A stretch of 64,000 nt of DNA. It comes from Methylobacter sp. (GTDB taxonomy: Bacteria; Pseudomonadota; Gammaproteobacteria; Methylococcales; Methylomonadaceae). The stretch spans positions 46,881 through 110,880 of the forward strand of contig JAPLRU010000090.1 in NCBI GenBank assembly GCA_026399025.1. Reading direction: 5' to 3'. The notes beneath the pieces were generated by a model that searched no databases, was not told where the DNA came from, and saw only the letters and a program-made list of their open reading frames with translations. Numbering within the stretch: the stretch's first letter is position 1; every line of letters begins with the position of its first letter. The translations under genes were made by a program, and so were the position numbers. This document shows positions 8,279 through 17,721 of the stretch, one piece after another.

Positions 8279-9964
8279 CTAAAAATAGCGGCCGTTTATA
8301 AGAAAGTGGACCGCGATACTGCCGAAATAGCCCAGCGCGATGACCGGCGTCCATTTCAAATGGCTGGTAAACGTATAAACCCCCTTGGCCTGTCCCATTA
8401 AGCCGACGCCCGCGGCGGAACCTACCGCCAACATGCTGCCGCCTACGCCGGCGGTCAAGGTCACCAGCAGCCATTGTCCCTGAGAAATGTCCGGCGCCAT
8501 GGTTAATACCGCCAGCATGATGGTGCCGTTGTCGACGAATGCCGAGGCGATGCCTACCAGAATATTAGCTAGGGTCGGGTCGGTACCGCCGTACAAAAGC
8601 TGAGACGCTACGCCCAGATAGCCGATGAAGCTCAAACCGCCGACGCAGACCATGACGCCGTAGAAAAACAGCAGCGTGTCCCATTCCAATTGCGCGACTT
8701 TCTGAAAAACGTCAAAGGATTGGTTTTGCTCTAAATCGTGTTGCCGGTCTTGCGTTTTTAAGGCTTCGTGCAGCTGATGCTCGGTAATGACGTGTTCTTT
8801 AACCAGTAATTCGCCGAGGCGCGCTCTACGCGCCGCTAAACCTTCGATATGATGGGTTTCGATTTTCTCGGAATTGATGATGTCGTTATTGGATGTGGCT
8901 GTTTTTTGCAGATAAAAGCTGAAAAATTTCAAATAAGTCAGGCCGAGCATCATGCCGGCGGCCGGGGGCAGATGTAAGAAGTTTTCAAAGCAAGTCGCGG
9001 TAATAATGGTGCAGGCGAATAACGCGATGATGATCAGTCCTCCCCGTTTCATGGCCGGAGCTTCCAAAACGGCGTCGGGTCTTTGTTGGGGAATCCGAAA
9101 ATGCATGATGGCGGCCGGTAACACAAAATTGACGATGGCGGGAATCAATAAAGAGAAGAAATCGGCGAACGGCACGACGCCTTTTTGCCACACTAACAGG
9201 GTGGTAATGTCGCCGAATGGGCTGAACGAGCCGCCGGCATTGGAGGCTATCACGACATTGATGCAGGATAAGGTGACGAAGCGCGGGCTGCCTTTACCCA
9301 TCGCCAAAATAACCGAGCCCATCAGTAAGGCGGTAGTCAGGTTGTTGCATACCGACGAAATGAAAAATGCCTGAAAGCCGGTAATCCAGAATAATTGGCG
9401 GTAACTGAAGTTTTTGCTTAACAGCCAGACGCGCAGGTTTTCGAACACGCCTCGGTCTTCCATCGCGTTTAAATAAGTCATTGAAACCATAATAAACAAA
9501 AACAGTTCGGCATAGCCTTCCAGCGTTGCACGGAACGCCACTCCCGCTTGTTCGCTCATGCCGCCGTTGACGTAAACGGCGGCGATAAATATCCAGATTA
9601 AACTGGCTGCGAACACCATGGGTTTTGATTTTCGCAGCTCGGTGACTTCTTCGGTCATGGCCAGAAAGTAAGCGACAGCAAACAGCACCAACGCCAGATA
9701 ACCGACCCAATGCTGAGTCAGATCCAAGGGTTGCGTTGTATTAACAGCGCTTGATGCTTCGGCGGCGCTCGATAGCGAAGGCAACAACAGTGCAAGTAAC
9801 AGCAGCTTATATTTTGAGCGCGGCAATTTAAGAAGTCCGAGCGTTTTATCTACGGCGGGGCGGTTTTTATCCACTATGTCTACAAGCAGAGATGTTTTGA
9901 ACAACGCAATGCCGGATGCGAGCATCATTAAGGTAACAATGAATAAAAACATTTCAAATTGCAT
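8279..9964 (-). CDS. nhaD: NhaD-type Na+/H+ antiporter (ArsB/NhaD permease superfamily) with an enlarged central loop
   Basis: Multi-TM protein. Blocks FDVFQKVAQLEWDTLLFFYGVMVCVGGL and FVDNGTIMLAVLTM...QWLLVTLTAGVGGSMLAVGSAAGVGLMGQA resemble NhaD as I recall it. The ATG at 9964 is preceded by GGTGGG; the track ORF starts at a TTG at 9985. Confidence 0.78.
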   Translation of the reverse strand: MQFEMFLFIVTLMMLASGIALFKTSLLVDIVDKNRPAVDKTLGLLKLPRSKYKLLLLALLLPSLSSAAEASSAVNTTQPLDLTQHWVGYLALVLFAVAYFLAMTEEVTELRKSKPMVFAASLIWIFIAAVYVNGGMSEQAGVAFRATLEGYAELFLFIMVSMTYLNAMEDRGVFENLRVWLLSKNFSYRQLFWITGFQAFFISSVCNNLTTALLMGSVILAMGKGSPRFVTLSCINVVIASNAGGSFSPFGDITTLLVWQKGVVPFADFFSLLIPAIVNFVLPAAIMHFRIPQQRPDAVLEAPAMKRGGLIIIALFACTIITATCFENFLHLPPAAGMMLGLTYLKFFSFYLQKTATSNNDIINSEKIETHHIEGLAARRARLGELLVKEHVITEHQLHEALKTQDRQHDLEQNQSFDVFQKVAQLEWDTLLFFYGVMVCVGGLSFIGYLGVASQLLYGGTDPTLANILVGIASAFVDNGTIMLAVLTMAPDISQGQWLLVTLTAGVGGSMLAVGSAAGVGLMGQAKGVYTFTSHLKWTPVIALGYFGSIAVHFLINGRYF

Positions 9965-10111
9965 ATATAGCCCACCGGAATACAAAAGAGGATGAAAATT
10001 CTAGACTAATTTAATAAGGATATTATATTTGAAACAGCATGAGCATGTGCTAATAAATACGCAGCGTGTGGGCCGGGCGACCGCTATAGAGCCTATAAAC
10101 GATAGCTTGGC

Positions 10112-10366
10112 TTAGGTCTTGGGCGGTTTAAGTTGATGCAAAACTTCAATGCCTTTTTTTCGCTGTGCTCTGATGATTTCCAATTCGGTTTGATAGTGTT
10201 TTATTAAGCAGTCTTGGTCTGCTTGTTGCAGTGCGTGGGTAATCTTTAGCTCTTTTTTCTTGAGTTTAAGCAGGATTTTTTTTAACTCCTCGATATGTTG
10301 TCTTTTTTTATGGTTGTCGGTGTTAAAGAAGGCCTGTAATTTATGGAGCAGTTTTTCTATTTTCAT
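10112..10366 (-). CDS. Hypothetical small coiled-coil protein (84 aa)
   Basis: Lys/Glu/Leu-rich ORF 27 nt downstream of the Na/Pi cotransporter gene on the same strand. No known motif. Confidence 0.4.
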   Translation of the reverse strand: MKIEKLLHKLQAFFNTDNHKKRQHIEELKKILLKLKKKELKITHALQQADQDCLIKHYQTELEIIRAQRKKGIEVLHQLKPPKT

Positions 10367-10393
10367 GGCTGGAATGACAGGTTTAGTGGTGTG

Positions 10394-12202
10394 CTAGCGC
10401 TTATCCACGCTGTGAATAACGTCATTAATTTCAGTTTCATTGAGGGCTAATTGGTGTTCAACTCCGGTAGCGCCGTTGTTACCGTATAAAAACAATGTTT
10501 CGGCGGCTTTCAGCAGGTTTTTCTTAATACTGCGCATATAGGCGCTGTCGTTAATCAACGAAGAGCCGGTTTCCGGGGTTATTTTTTGTTCTCTAATCAG
10601 CGTTTCAATGGCGCGATTCATCTGCAAGTCATCGTTTTTTATCGATGCTTTTAAGGTGTCTAACGACAATAAAGGTAATTCATTGCTTTCAAGTTCATGC
10701 CTGAAGGTTTCAATATTTTTTATATGCAAGGCTATTTGATAGGCAATTTTATGGTATTCATCAGCAGTGGCTTGATTGCTCGAGAGCCTGAATCGGCTCC
10801 AGTTCTTTTGCAGATGCTTGGTGTCTTTAATGGCTTCGACCACATGTTTGTTGGCTTCGCGTAACCAGGACAGCTTGGCCGATTGGGTCATTTGCCAGCT
10901 GAATCCGGCCTGACTGATAAACGCGATAATGGCGCTGTACAGACCTTTTATACGTTGTTCATAAGCGGCGTCTATATCGTATTCAATGGCATCGCCGGTG
11001 TGTTTTAGCCGCTGTGCCAACGAATCGTTTTGTTGAAGGTCGTGTTCGTCCAGGCCGAAAGTGCGCAAAATGATATGGAGAGCGTTTTCGTATAAATGGA
11101 TGCTTTCCAGTCTGACCGATTCAACCACTGTTTCAGGAAAATCCATGGCGGATAAGTCCAAATATTTCGGCATGAAAGTCGTTGGGCGTTTTTCTGTGAA
11201 GATTTTTTCCAGTAATAAAACCTGTTGATTGATGAGCGGGAAAAAGATCACGATGCCGACAGCATTAAACAAGCTGTGAAAGATGGCCAGTTTCAGCGTC
11301 GGGTCCGCAACGGAAATGCCTAAATGTGCGCTGATGATGTCGACAGCCATGCTGAACTGCTTAACAAAGATCAGCACGATGATGCCGGTGCACAAGTTAA
11401 TTAATAAGTGCGAGCCTGCCAGCCGCTTGCCTTGAATATTGGCGCCCAGCGAAGCAATGATCGCGGTGACGGTGGTGCCGATATTGGCGCCTATCACCAG
11501 CGCCAGCGCATTGTTATAAGTAATTTGATGCACCGAAACCGCAGTAATGGTGAGCAGCAAGGTGGCGTGGCTGGACTGCATGATAACGGTGGCGATGATG
11601 CCGATGACGGTGTAGATCAGTAAGCCTTTAATGCCGGACATCGAATAATGGGCCAGGTTTATCGTGCTTTCAACGTGTTCAAAACTATCCTTCATGTAAT
11701 GGATGCCGAGCAGCAGAAAGCCCAGTCCGGTCAGGATATAGCCGATGCCTTTCAGCTGTTTGCCGTTCTGGAATATGCATAAAACGCCAAAAACCAGCAG
11801 CGGCATCGCGTAAGTGGCGATATTCACTTTTAACCCCAATCCTGCGATCAGCCAAGCGCCGGTTGTCGTGCCCAGATTGGAGCCGAAAATAATGCCGATA
11901 CCGGCGACCAAATCCAGTAAGCCGGCGCTGAGGAATGACACGGTGATAACCGAGACCAAGCCGCTGGATTGCATTAACGTAGCCGACAAGAAGCCGAAGC
12001 CGAAGCTTTTCCAAGAGGTGTCGGTGGTTTTTTGCAGAATCCGTTCCAGCACGCCGCCGGTAAAGGCTTTAAAGCCTTGCTCCAGGGATAACATACCGAA
12101 CAGGAATATCGAGACGCCCGCGGCAATGCCTCTAAAGGCATCGCTTAGCCAAAAGCCATAAGACAATAGCGAAATGACAATCGGCAAAAGCGCTCTGGGC
12201 AT
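10394..12202 (-). CDS. Na/Pi cotransporter family protein (NptA/YjbB type) with a C-terminal PhoU-like region
   Basis: Duplicated SxGLVSVITVSF...GSNLGTTTGAW / GANIGTTVTAIIASLG motifs typical of the Na/Pi-cotransporter II-related family. Long helical C-terminal domain. Confidence 0.85.
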   Translation of the reverse strand: MPRALLPIVISLLSYGFWLSDAFRGIAAGVSIFLFGMLSLEQGFKAFTGGVLERILQKTTDTSWKSFGFGFLSATLMQSSGLVSVITVSFLSAGLLDLVAGIGIIFGSNLGTTTGAWLIAGLGLKVNIATYAMPLLVFGVLCIFQNGKQLKGIGYILTGLGFLLLGIHYMKDSFEHVESTINLAHYSMSGIKGLLIYTVIGIIATVIMQSSHATLLLTITAVSVHQITYNNALALVIGANIGTTVTAIIASLGANIQGKRLAGSHLLINLCTGIIVLIFVKQFSMAVDIISAHLGISVADPTLKLAIFHSLFNAVGIVIFFPLINQQVLLLEKIFTEKRPTTFMPKYLDLSAMDFPETVVESVRLESIHLYENALHIILRTFGLDEHDLQQNDSLAQRLKHTGDAIEYDIDAAYEQRIKGLYSAIIAFISQAGFSWQMTQSAKLSWLREANKHVVEAIKDTKHLQKNWSRFRLSSNQATADEYHKIAYQIALHIKNIETFRHELESNELPLLSLDTLKASIKNDDLQMNRAIETLIREQKITPETGSSLINDSAYMRSIKKNLLKAAETLFLYGNNGATGVEHQLALNETEINDVIHSVDKR

Positions 12203-12295
12203 GTTATCTGAAAGGTTTTTTACTGGAGTTAAGACCGGCTTAGGCTAAGCGGGGCCGAAGTGAATGAGGGCGATTGTGCTCTCGCCCGGGCAGGC

Positions 12296-13126
12296 TTAGA
12301 GGGGCGGTTGTTTTTCGCCGGTCGATTTGATCTGCACCGTATCGCCGACAGTCAATTGCCCGCATTGATCATGCAGGGCATTTTGCCCGAAATAGACTTT
12401 ATTTTGCCATTTTCGGGTGCGGTTAAGGGTAGTGAGCGGTTCTTTGCCGATTTGCGCGGTTTCAGGGTCGATGGTTGGAACGGAGCACCGGGAACAGGGT
12501 TTGGGCAGCCTGAAATCGATTGAGTTAATGCTGATTTCGCGCCAGTTGTCTTCCGCATAAGCGGGACAGCCGGAAATGACCAAGTTGGGCCTGAAACGGG
12601 TCATCGGTAAATTCAGTTGCATTTGATGATTCAAGGCGGCCAGCGAGTTTTCCGAAATAATCAGGAAAGGGAAACCGTCGGAAAATGCGACCTTATCGCT
12701 AGGCTTAGCGTAATGAGGATCAACCGGTCGAATAACATCGTCCGGCTGGTAAACCAAGCGGCACTCTTGTTTTAAAAAATCGCTGAGCCATTGGTCGGCT
12801 TCGCTTGAAACGCTACGGGCAGCGCACTGGTCATGCCAAATGCCGCTGTTAATGATTTCTCCTTCAACAGGATCAAGGGGGAGCGGCAGGTTTTCCATGT
12901 CCGGTGCGGACAGGATCAGGTTTTTATCGGTTAATGCGGTTTTAATTAACGCCATTTTCGGCAATTTCCGCTGGCTGAGGAATTGCCGGTCATTATCGAT
13001 AAGCATCCATTTTCTGTCATGCTGAAAGCCTTTTTCAGTGATAGGCCAGCTGTTTGCGCTAATACCTGATAATGATTTGACGGGATAGACGAATATTCCG
13101 CTGAGTATAATGTGTGTCATCGGCAA
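12296..13126 (-). CDS. MOSC domain-containing protein (YcbX-like)
   Basis: N-terminal beta-barrel motif (IFVYPVKSLSGI) and MOSC core (RFRPNLVISG...PCSRCSVPTIDPET). Confidence 0.85.
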   Translation of the reverse strand: MPMTHIILSGIFVYPVKSLSGISANSWPITEKGFQHDRKWMLIDNDRQFLSQRKLPKMALIKTALTDKNLILSAPDMENLPLPLDPVEGEIINSGIWHDQCAARSVSSEADQWLSDFLKQECRLVYQPDDVIRPVDPHYAKPSDKVAFSDGFPFLIISENSLAALNHQMQLNLPMTRFRPNLVISGCPAYAEDNWREISINSIDFRLPKPCSRCSVPTIDPETAQIGKEPLTTLNRTRKWQNKVYFGQNALHDQCGQLTVGDTVQIKSTGEKQPPL

Positions 13127-13138
13127 CGGGCTGCGTTG

Positions 13139-13489
13139 TTAACCTAATAATGATTTTACAGCACCGGAGAATACGTTACTGTGAGCGGCATGCGCCTGAG
13201 ACGGGTTGCTTTGAAAATCAGAGATAAGCCGACTTAGAGCTTGTTGGGCTTGATCCTTGGTTTCAATTGAAACAGGTCTGTCGCTGCTTTTTACCGGTGA
13301 AGAAGTCGATAGTTTTAGTGATGTATTGGACAGTTTTACGGTTTCGGTGGAAAGCTTTTGGCTGTCGTCTTGATCGCTATCAGGCCGGGTTTCGATGGTA
13401 GGCTCATTATTTTCCAGGTTTTTCGCCCGGTTTGACGAGTGGGCGCTAATGAGCGGGTCTTGTCGTGGTTTTGTCGTGATCGGGTCCAT
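13139..13489 (-). CDS. Hypothetical Ser/Thr/Gln-rich, probably disordered protein (116 aa)
   Basis: ORF only. Low-complexity composition, no signal peptide or known motif. Confidence 0.35.
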   Translation of the reverse strand: MDPITTKPRQDPLISAHSSNRAKNLENNEPTIETRPDSDQDDSQKLSTETVKLSNTSLKLSTSSPVKSSDRPVSIETKDQAQQALSRLISDFQSNPSQAHAAHSNVFSGAVKSLLG

Positions 13490-13756
13490 TTTAGTGTCCT
13501 TTTAGCTTAAGTTAAGGGCCGTAAGAACGGCGTTGGTTCTGCCTTGAGTAAAATCTGATTTTAAAGCAGAGTTATTGTTATTGATGCTGAACTTTTTATA
13601 GGTCTAAGTCAATATTCATTTACAACTTATGCGGTTTAACTCAATAAAATTTATTTTGTTAAAACATAAATTATTTTAGTGAACTTCATCGAAAAACAAA
13701 ACAAAGTTAATGAATCCGTTAAAATTAGCGTCTGTGCATTTTATTAAGGTTAGAAA

Positions 13757-14953
13757 ATGATACGATCAAGTGGCTTGTTTTTTCGGGTAGCTGTTGTTTT
13801 TTTGTTTATTCTTCATTTACTTAACGCGAATCTTGGTTATGCCGAAACTAAACAGACAATCAATATCGCTTATTTGACGCAACAGCAAAAAGCCCCGCCT
13901 CCGTTATCTAACATGGATGCGTTTATCGAAGACAAAGGCGTTTTGGGCGCGGAGCTGGCAATTGATGACAATAATACGACCGGGCAATTTACCGGACAGC
14001 AGTTTGTGCTGAAAAAGTTCATCGTGCCGCTGGATGGCAATGTGGTCGATGCTTTTAATAAAGATATAGGCAGCCAATACGCGTATGTCGTTGTCAACTT
14101 GCCCGCCGATCTTTTAAATAAAATCGCCGATTTACCCGCTGCAAAACAGAAGCTGCTATTTGATGCGGCAACGATTGACGATGCGCTGCGCAATGAGCAA
14201 TGCCGCAATAACGTAACGCATATTTTGCCTAGCCGAGCCATGCGAGCGGATGCGTTGGCGCAATATATGATGAAAAAGCGCTGGAATAAGTGGTTTTTAG
14301 TGGTTGGCGCTAGCGAGGAGGATCGCTTGTTTGCTGAAGCGCTCAAACGCGCGGCTAAACGTTTCGGTATGAAAATAATTGAGGAAAAAACCTGGGAGCA
14401 TACTTATGATGCGCGGCGCACGGCACAGTCGGATGTCGCGGTATTTACCCAGGTGGACGATTACGATGTGTTGGTGGTTGCCGATGAGCAGGGGCAGTTT
14501 GGCGAATATCTTGAATACAGAACCTGGAATGCAAGGCCGGTAATCGGTACTCAAGGATTGGTCGCCACAGCATGGCATCGAACTCATGAACAATGGGGCG
14601 CGGTGCAGATTCAAAATCGCTTTAAAGAGCGGGCCGGGCGTTGGATGGAAGAGCAGGATTATGCGGCTTATCTGGCCGTCAGAGCTATTGGCGAAGCCGT
14701 AACCCGTACCAAATCCGGTGATTTACAACCCGTTAAGGATTATATGTTGAGCGATGCTTTCGCCTTGCAGGGATATAAAGGCAATCCTTTGTCGTTCCGA
14801 TCTTGGGACGGGCAATTGCGGCAACCTGTTTTGTTGGCTGCGCCCAGGTCGCTGGTTGCGGTCGCGCCGATTGAGGGTTTTTTGCACCCCAAAACCGAAC
14901 TCGATACCTTGGGTTACGACCAACCTGAATCGACCTGTAAATGGAGTAAATGA
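13757..14953 (+). CDS. ABC transporter substrate-binding protein of the PQQ-dependent alcohol dehydrogenase-associated type
   Basis: Signal peptide and a periplasmic-binding-protein-like sequence. First gene of the SBP / YVTN propeller / ABC ATPase / ABC-2 permease quartet that accompanies PQQ dehydrogenases in other bacteria (pedABC-like context). Confidence 0.75.
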   Translation: MIRSSGLFFRVAVVFLFILHLLNANLGYAETKQTINIAYLTQQQKAPPPLSNMDAFIEDKGVLGAELAIDDNNTTGQFTGQQFVLKKFIVPLDGNVVDAFNKDIGSQYAYVVVNLPADLLNKIADLPAAKQKLLFDAATIDDALRNEQCRNNVTHILPSRAMRADALAQYMMKKRWNKWFLVVGASEEDRLFAEALKRAAKRFGMKIIEEKTWEHTYDARRTAQSDVAVFTQVDDYDVLVVADEQGQFGEYLEYRTWNARPVIGTQGLVATAWHRTHEQWGAVQIQNRFKERAGRWMEEQDYAAYLAVRAIGEAVTRTKSGDLQPVKDYMLSDAFALQGYKGNPLSFRSWDGQLRQPVLLAAPRSLVAVAPIEGFLHPKTELDTLGYDQPESTCKWSK

Positions 14954-15915
14954 TGAACAAGAATGCTTTAACGCTATTTTTAACCATTGTATTAACCGGA
15001 GCGGCACAGGCTGAAACGGTGTTTGTTACGCTTGAAAAAGATAATGCACTGGCGGTTGTCGATCCCATCGACGGCAAGCTCATTAAAACAGTGGAAATCG
15101 GCCGGCGCCCCAGAGGCATCGCGATCAGTCCCGATAACAAGTTTTTGTATATCGCAACCAGTGATGACAACACTATCAGGATCATCGATGCCGACACGCT
15201 GAAAGAAACCGGAAAGCTGCCGTCCGGCGAAGACCCGGAGACCTTTGCGTTAAATCCTGCGGGCGACCGGCTTTATGTATCGAATGAAGACGACAGCCAA
15301 GTAACCGTCATCGACATTGCCCATAAAAAAGCCGTCAAGCAGATTAAGGTGGGTGTGGAACCTGAAGGCATCACTGTGAGTCCTGATAACCTCTGGGTTG
15401 CCAGCGCTTCCGAAACGACCAATATGGTGCATTGGATCGATACCAAAACCAATGCCATCGTGGAAAATACCTTGGTCGATCCGCGTCCTCGTGCGCTTGG
15501 CTTTACTGCCGACAGCCAACAATTGTGGGTTACCTCGGAAATGGCCGGTACTTTGATGATTCTGGACGTTAAAACCAAGCAGATCGTCAAAACGATCAAG
15601 TTTGATGTGCAAGGCGTGACGGCCGATAAAATCCAGCCGGTCGGCGTCGTTATCGATAAGGACAGAAAGCGCGGCTATGTGGCATTAGGTCCGGCAAACC
15701 GTGTGGCGGTCATTAACGCCCAGACTTTCGAGGTGGAAAAATACTTGCTGGTTGGTCAGCGGGTTTGGAATCTGGCGTTTTCACCGGATCAAAAGCGGCT
15801 TTACAGCACTAACGGCACCAGTAACGATATTTCACTGATCGATCTTGATGCGCAGACTGTGACCAAGTCGGTCGGTGTAGGTACTTATCCCTGGGGAGTT
15901 GCAGTCAAGCCATGA
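14950..15915 (+). CDS. YVTN-family beta-propeller repeat protein (PQQ-dependent catabolism-associated)
   Basis: Signal peptide and repeated P.GI..SPD...LY..N motifs (RPRGIAISPDNKFLYIA, PETFALNPAGDRLYVSN, PEGITVSPDNLWVA). ATGA overlap with the upstream gene. Confidence 0.8.
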   Translation: MMNKNALTLFLTIVLTGAAQAETVFVTLEKDNALAVVDPIDGKLIKTVEIGRRPRGIAISPDNKFLYIATSDDNTIRIIDADTLKETGKLPSGEDPETFALNPAGDRLYVSNEDDSQVTVIDIAHKKAVKQIKVGVEPEGITVSPDNLWVASASETTNMVHWIDTKTNAIVENTLVDPRPRALGFTADSQQLWVTSEMAGTLMILDVKTKQIVKTIKFDVQGVTADKIQPVGVVIDKDRKRGYVALGPANRVAVINAQTFEVEKYLLVGQRVWNLAFSPDQKRLYSTNGTSNDISLIDLDAQTVTKSVGVGTYPWGVAVKP

Positions 15916-16652
15916 ATGCGTCCATAGCGTTATCCGTCGAGGATTTAAGTTTTTCCTATGGCGGCAAAACAGCACTGACCCAGGTTAATTTCAAGATTAA
16001 ACCGGGAGAATGCACGGTTTTATTGGGTCCTAACGGGGCGGGGAAGAGTACCTTATTTTCCTTGATTACCCGGTTATATGACACGCGTGACGGTCGGATC
16101 GAATTATGCGGTTTTGATATTAAACGGCAAACCTTGTTGGCACTGGCAAAGCTGGGCGTGGTTTTTCAGCAGACTACGCTGGATATGGATTTGTCGGTCA
16201 TGCAAAACTTGCGTTATCACACCTCTTTGCATGGCATGGGTCGCAAACAGGCTATGCAAAGAATCCAGCAGGAATTGGAGCGGTTAGCTATGTATGACCG
16301 GCGTTTTGAGAAAATACGCCAGTTAAACGGCGGCCACAGGCGGCGCGTGGAAATTGCCCGCGCTTTATTGCATAAGCCGTCGGTGCTGTTGCTGGATGAA
16401 CCTACCGTCGGTTTGGATGTGCCCAGTCGCTTAGCCATCGTCGACTATGTGCATCAATTAGCCGTTGAGGAAAAATTGGCGGTGTTATGGGCGAGCCATT
16501 TGATTGATGAAATTTATCCCGACGATCATTTAATCGTGTTGCATAAAGGCCGGGTTAAAGCCAACGGAACGGTTGACGACGTGCTTAAAACAACCAACAG
16601 CCCAACCATTAAAGATGCTTTTTATACCTTGACGCAAGGAGAGCAAGAATGA
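15912..16652 (+). CDS. ABC transporter ATP-binding protein
   Basis: Walker A GPNGAGKST, signature LNGGHRRRV, Walker B LLLDEPTVGLD. Start overlaps the upstream stop. Confidence 0.9.
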   Translation: MNASIALSVEDLSFSYGGKTALTQVNFKIKPGECTVLLGPNGAGKSTLFSLITRLYDTRDGRIELCGFDIKRQTLLALAKLGVVFQQTTLDMDLSVMQNLRYHTSLHGMGRKQAMQRIQQELERLAMYDRRFEKIRQLNGGHRRRVEIARALLHKPSVLLLDEPTVGLDVPSRLAIVDYVHQLAVEEKLAVLWASHLIDEIYPDDHLIVLHKGRVKANGTVDDVLKTTNSPTIKDAFYTLTQGEQE

Positions 16653-17515
16653 CTAATCTTCCAGGAGAAGATTTGCCTTTACCCGAAGGGCGAAGGGCAG
16701 GAAAGCCCTTCGTGAGCATGCTTCATTATTGGCGTGCCATGTGGGGCATTATCTGGCGTGAATTATGGCGTTTTGTTACCCAGCGCGAGCGCTTTATTTC
16801 CGCGTTAGTCAGGCCTTTGGTCTGGCTGTTTGTATTCGCGGCCGGCTTTAGAGCCGCATTAGGTCTTGCGATTACGCCGCCTTATGAAACTTATATTCTT
16901 TACGATGTCTATATTACTCCCGGCCTGATCGGCATGATTCAGTTGTTTAACGGTATGCAGAGTTCGTTATCGATGGTTTATGATCGGGAAATGGGCAGTA
17001 TGAGGATATTGATGGTTTGTCCGTTGCCGCGCTGGTTTTTATTGCTCAGCAAATTGCTGGCCGGTACCGGCGTATCTGTTCTGCAAGCCTATGTGTTTTT
17101 GGCGATTGCGTGGTTTTACGATATTCAGGCGCCATGGCAGGGCTATTTGTGGATTTTGCCGGCGTTGTTATTGTCAGGGTTAATGCTGGGCGCTTTAGGC
17201 TTATTGCTGTCATCTTTTATCAAGCAATTGGAAAATTTTGCCGGGGTGATGAACTTTGTGATTTTTCCGATGTTTTTTATGTCAACCGCTTTGTATCCTT
17301 TATGGAAAATTAAAGAGTCCAGTGCGCTGCTTTATCATCTGGCGCACTATAATCCGTTTTCACAGGCCGTCGAATTGATTCGTTTTGCTCTGTACGGACA
17401 ATTCAACAGTTATGCGTTTACTTATACCTTGCTCGCTTTTAGCGTATTTATGACGGCCGCAATCATTGGCTATAACCCGTCAAAAGGAATGATGATGAGA
17501 AAGGGCGGGGCTTGA
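16649..17515 (+). CDS. ABC-2 type transporter permease
   Basis: Six predicted TM segments. Overlaps the ATPase gene stop. ABC-2 family-like sequence. Confidence 0.85.
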   Translation: MTNLPGEDLPLPEGRRAGKPFVSMLHYWRAMWGIIWRELWRFVTQRERFISALVRPLVWLFVFAAGFRAALGLAITPPYETYILYDVYITPGLIGMIQLFNGMQSSLSMVYDREMGSMRILMVCPLPRWFLLLSKLLAGTGVSVLQAYVFLAIAWFYDIQAPWQGYLWILPALLLSGLMLGALGLLLSSFIKQLENFAGVMNFVIFPMFFMSTALYPLWKIKESSALLYHLAHYNPFSQAVELIRFALYGQFNSYAFTYTLLAFSVFMTAAIIGYNPSKGMMMRKGGA

Positions 17516-17590
17516 GCATTCAAACAGCGGATTTTGGGGTGATAGCGTTACAGTGTATTCAAATTCGGTTAATTACTAAAACAGCAAAAT

Positions 17591-17634
17591 TCCGGAGTGC
17601 AAGCTTCGCTTGCCGGCGCAGGCGAAGCATGCGC
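17591..17634. repeat. Small palindromic dispersed repeat (CCGGAGTGCAAGCTTCGCTTGC family)
   Basis: tccggagtgcaagcttcgcttgccggcgcaggcgaagcatgcgc. A related copy at 63877-63926. Confidence 0.5.
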
Positions 17635-17721
17635 TTATCCGCCCCCTGCGCCCTTGCACACAATACATTGCCAAGTTTTTGTTAAACTACGCCACGCATT
17701 AAAAATAAATTCGGTAAATAA

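Noticed and set aside
8088-8474. 128-aa Arg/Gly-rich ORF spanning the motA-nhaD junction
   Set aside because: It overlaps the 3' end of the well-supported nhaD-type gene in another frame, and its composition is typical of an out-of-frame artefact.
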